Under the pieces are notes generated by a model that was not told the origin of the DNA, ran no database searches, and worked only from the letters and a program-made list of their open reading frames with translations. The position numbers and the translations under genes are program-made. Shown here in pieces: positions 31,824-32,682 of a DNA stretch of 32,682 bases (positions are counted from its first letter, which is position 1; each line of letters starts with the position of its first letter). Origin of the DNA: a virus (taxonomy: Duplodnaviria > Heunggongvirae > Uroviricota > Caudoviricetes > Ackermannviridae); the IMG/VR virus record IMGVR_UViG_2974514734_000001, positions 1 through 32,682 of that record; one strand, written 5' to 3'.

Positions 31824-32682
31824 ATGGCTGGATACGGCAGAGGGTTCTTCGGTTTGTTTGGTGGCGGCGGTTTAGTCAATGCCAAAGTCGACACCGATAA
31901 GTTAGCCCAAAAACAAGATGAATTGTTGCTCACCAAGGCGACAGTTGTTGCTCTGGACGATGCTCAAGACGGTTCTATAATCCTTCAGGGCGGTGCAAAC
32001 ACCTACAACTATGTTGGCGTTGAGAGTGAACTTCTCAGCGTTAAAACAGTTGTGGAAGAATATCAGTCCATGGCTCAACAGCCTGAAATTCGCAAAGCTG
32101 TGGACATTATTGTCAATGATGTTGTCACCTGTGAGGAAGATGAAACTCCAGTGACAGTAAACCTTGACAAAGTTGAAGGGATATCTGATACTGTTAAAGA
32201 ATCTATCACCGAATGCTTCAAAGAAGTTATGCACTTGATGGACTTTGACAATACAGCATATCAGAAGATCCGGAAATGGTATGTTGACGGTCGACAAGCA
32301 TATCATGTCATCGTTGATCCCACGAATAAAAAAGGCGGGATCAAGAAATTGGTTATGCTTGATTCTCGTTGCATTCGTCCTGTCTATATCGTTGAGAAGG
32401 CGATGCGTGAAGGCGGTATTGAAGCAATAGAATCTGTAACATTGAAGTATTATTACAACCCGAATTATAATCGAAACCAATTCACTGGCCAATCTGGTAC
32501 TTCCCAGAACTTCCAGCCTTCACAGCAAGAACTCGTATTCGATGACGAAAGCATTGTTTACATCGATAGTGGTGAAGAGCCATTGGCCAATGGTATTGTC
32601 CCAGGCCTTTTAAATCCTGCTATCCGTCCGTTGAACAACCTGGTTACGACTGAAGATGCGACTGTAATTTATGCCATCACTC
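31824..32682 (+). CDS. gp20: Portal protein, T4 gp20-like (5' part, runs off the window; absent from the ORF track)
   Basis: Hand translation from ATG 31824 (GAGGA SD) gives MAGYGRGFFG...EYQSMAQQPEIRKAVDIIVNDVV...IRKWYVDGRQAYHVIVD...GIKKLVMLDSRCIR. The WYVDGR motif is typical of gp20. Confidence 0.92.
   Translation, partial: MAGYGRGFFGLFGGGGLVNAKVDTDKLAQKQDELLLTKATVVALDDAQDGSIILQGGANTYNYVGVESELLSVKTVVEEYQSMAQQPEIRKAVDIIVNDVVTCEEDETPVTVNLDKVEGISDTVKESITECFKEVMHLMDFDNTAYQKIRKWYVDGRQAYHVIVDPTNKKGGIKKLVMLDSRCIRPVYIVEKAMREGGIEAIESVTLKYYYNPNYNRNQFTGQSGTSQNFQPSQQELVFDDESIVYIDSGEEPLANGIVPGLLNPAIRPLNNLVTTEDATVIYAIT

Noticed and set aside
31902-32492. 196-aa - strand ORF
   Set aside because: Antisense shadow of the portal gene, which is open on the + strand from 31824.
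1-32682. CRISPR array, DGR variable/template repeats, invertase-type switching of tailspikes
   Set aside because: No regularly spaced repeat-spacer array. Differences between repeats are not adenine-specific. No reverse transcriptase or recombinase gene, and no inverted repeats flanking the tsp genes, were seen.

Overview
The window is the virion-structure module of a large T4-related myophage of the Ackermannviridae type (Kuttervirus-like). On the + strand it runs: baseplate gp6 and gp7 homologs, a trimeric fibre-like protein, four tailspikes (TSP4, TSP3, TSP2, TSP1), the large VriC/VrlC-like protein, two small ORFs, neck gp13/gp14, tail terminator gp15, small and large terminase, sheath gp18, tube gp19 and a partial portal gp20. 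Three free-standing endonuclease genes (Zn-ribbon + GIY-YIG-like, HNH-NUMOD3, GIY-YIG) and a 159-aa mini-intein in TerL are inserted. Late genes are preceded by CTAAATA motifs, usually overlapping a hairpin that hides the Shine-Dalgarno sequence. The first ~1 kb is not explained by the ORF track. On the - strand it holds promoter-like motifs, a 48-aa hydrophobic ORF, several highly structured putative RNAs and two tRNA-shaped RNAs whose anticodon arms are shortened or expanded. Other notable items are an orphan out-of-frame tailspike C-terminus behind TSP4 (a probable fossil of a domain swap), a duplicated ~90-bp inter-tailspike cassette, and an HNH gene whose first 8 codons mirror those of terL. 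All family assignments come from motif recognition and recall, not database searches. RNA structures were paired by eye.
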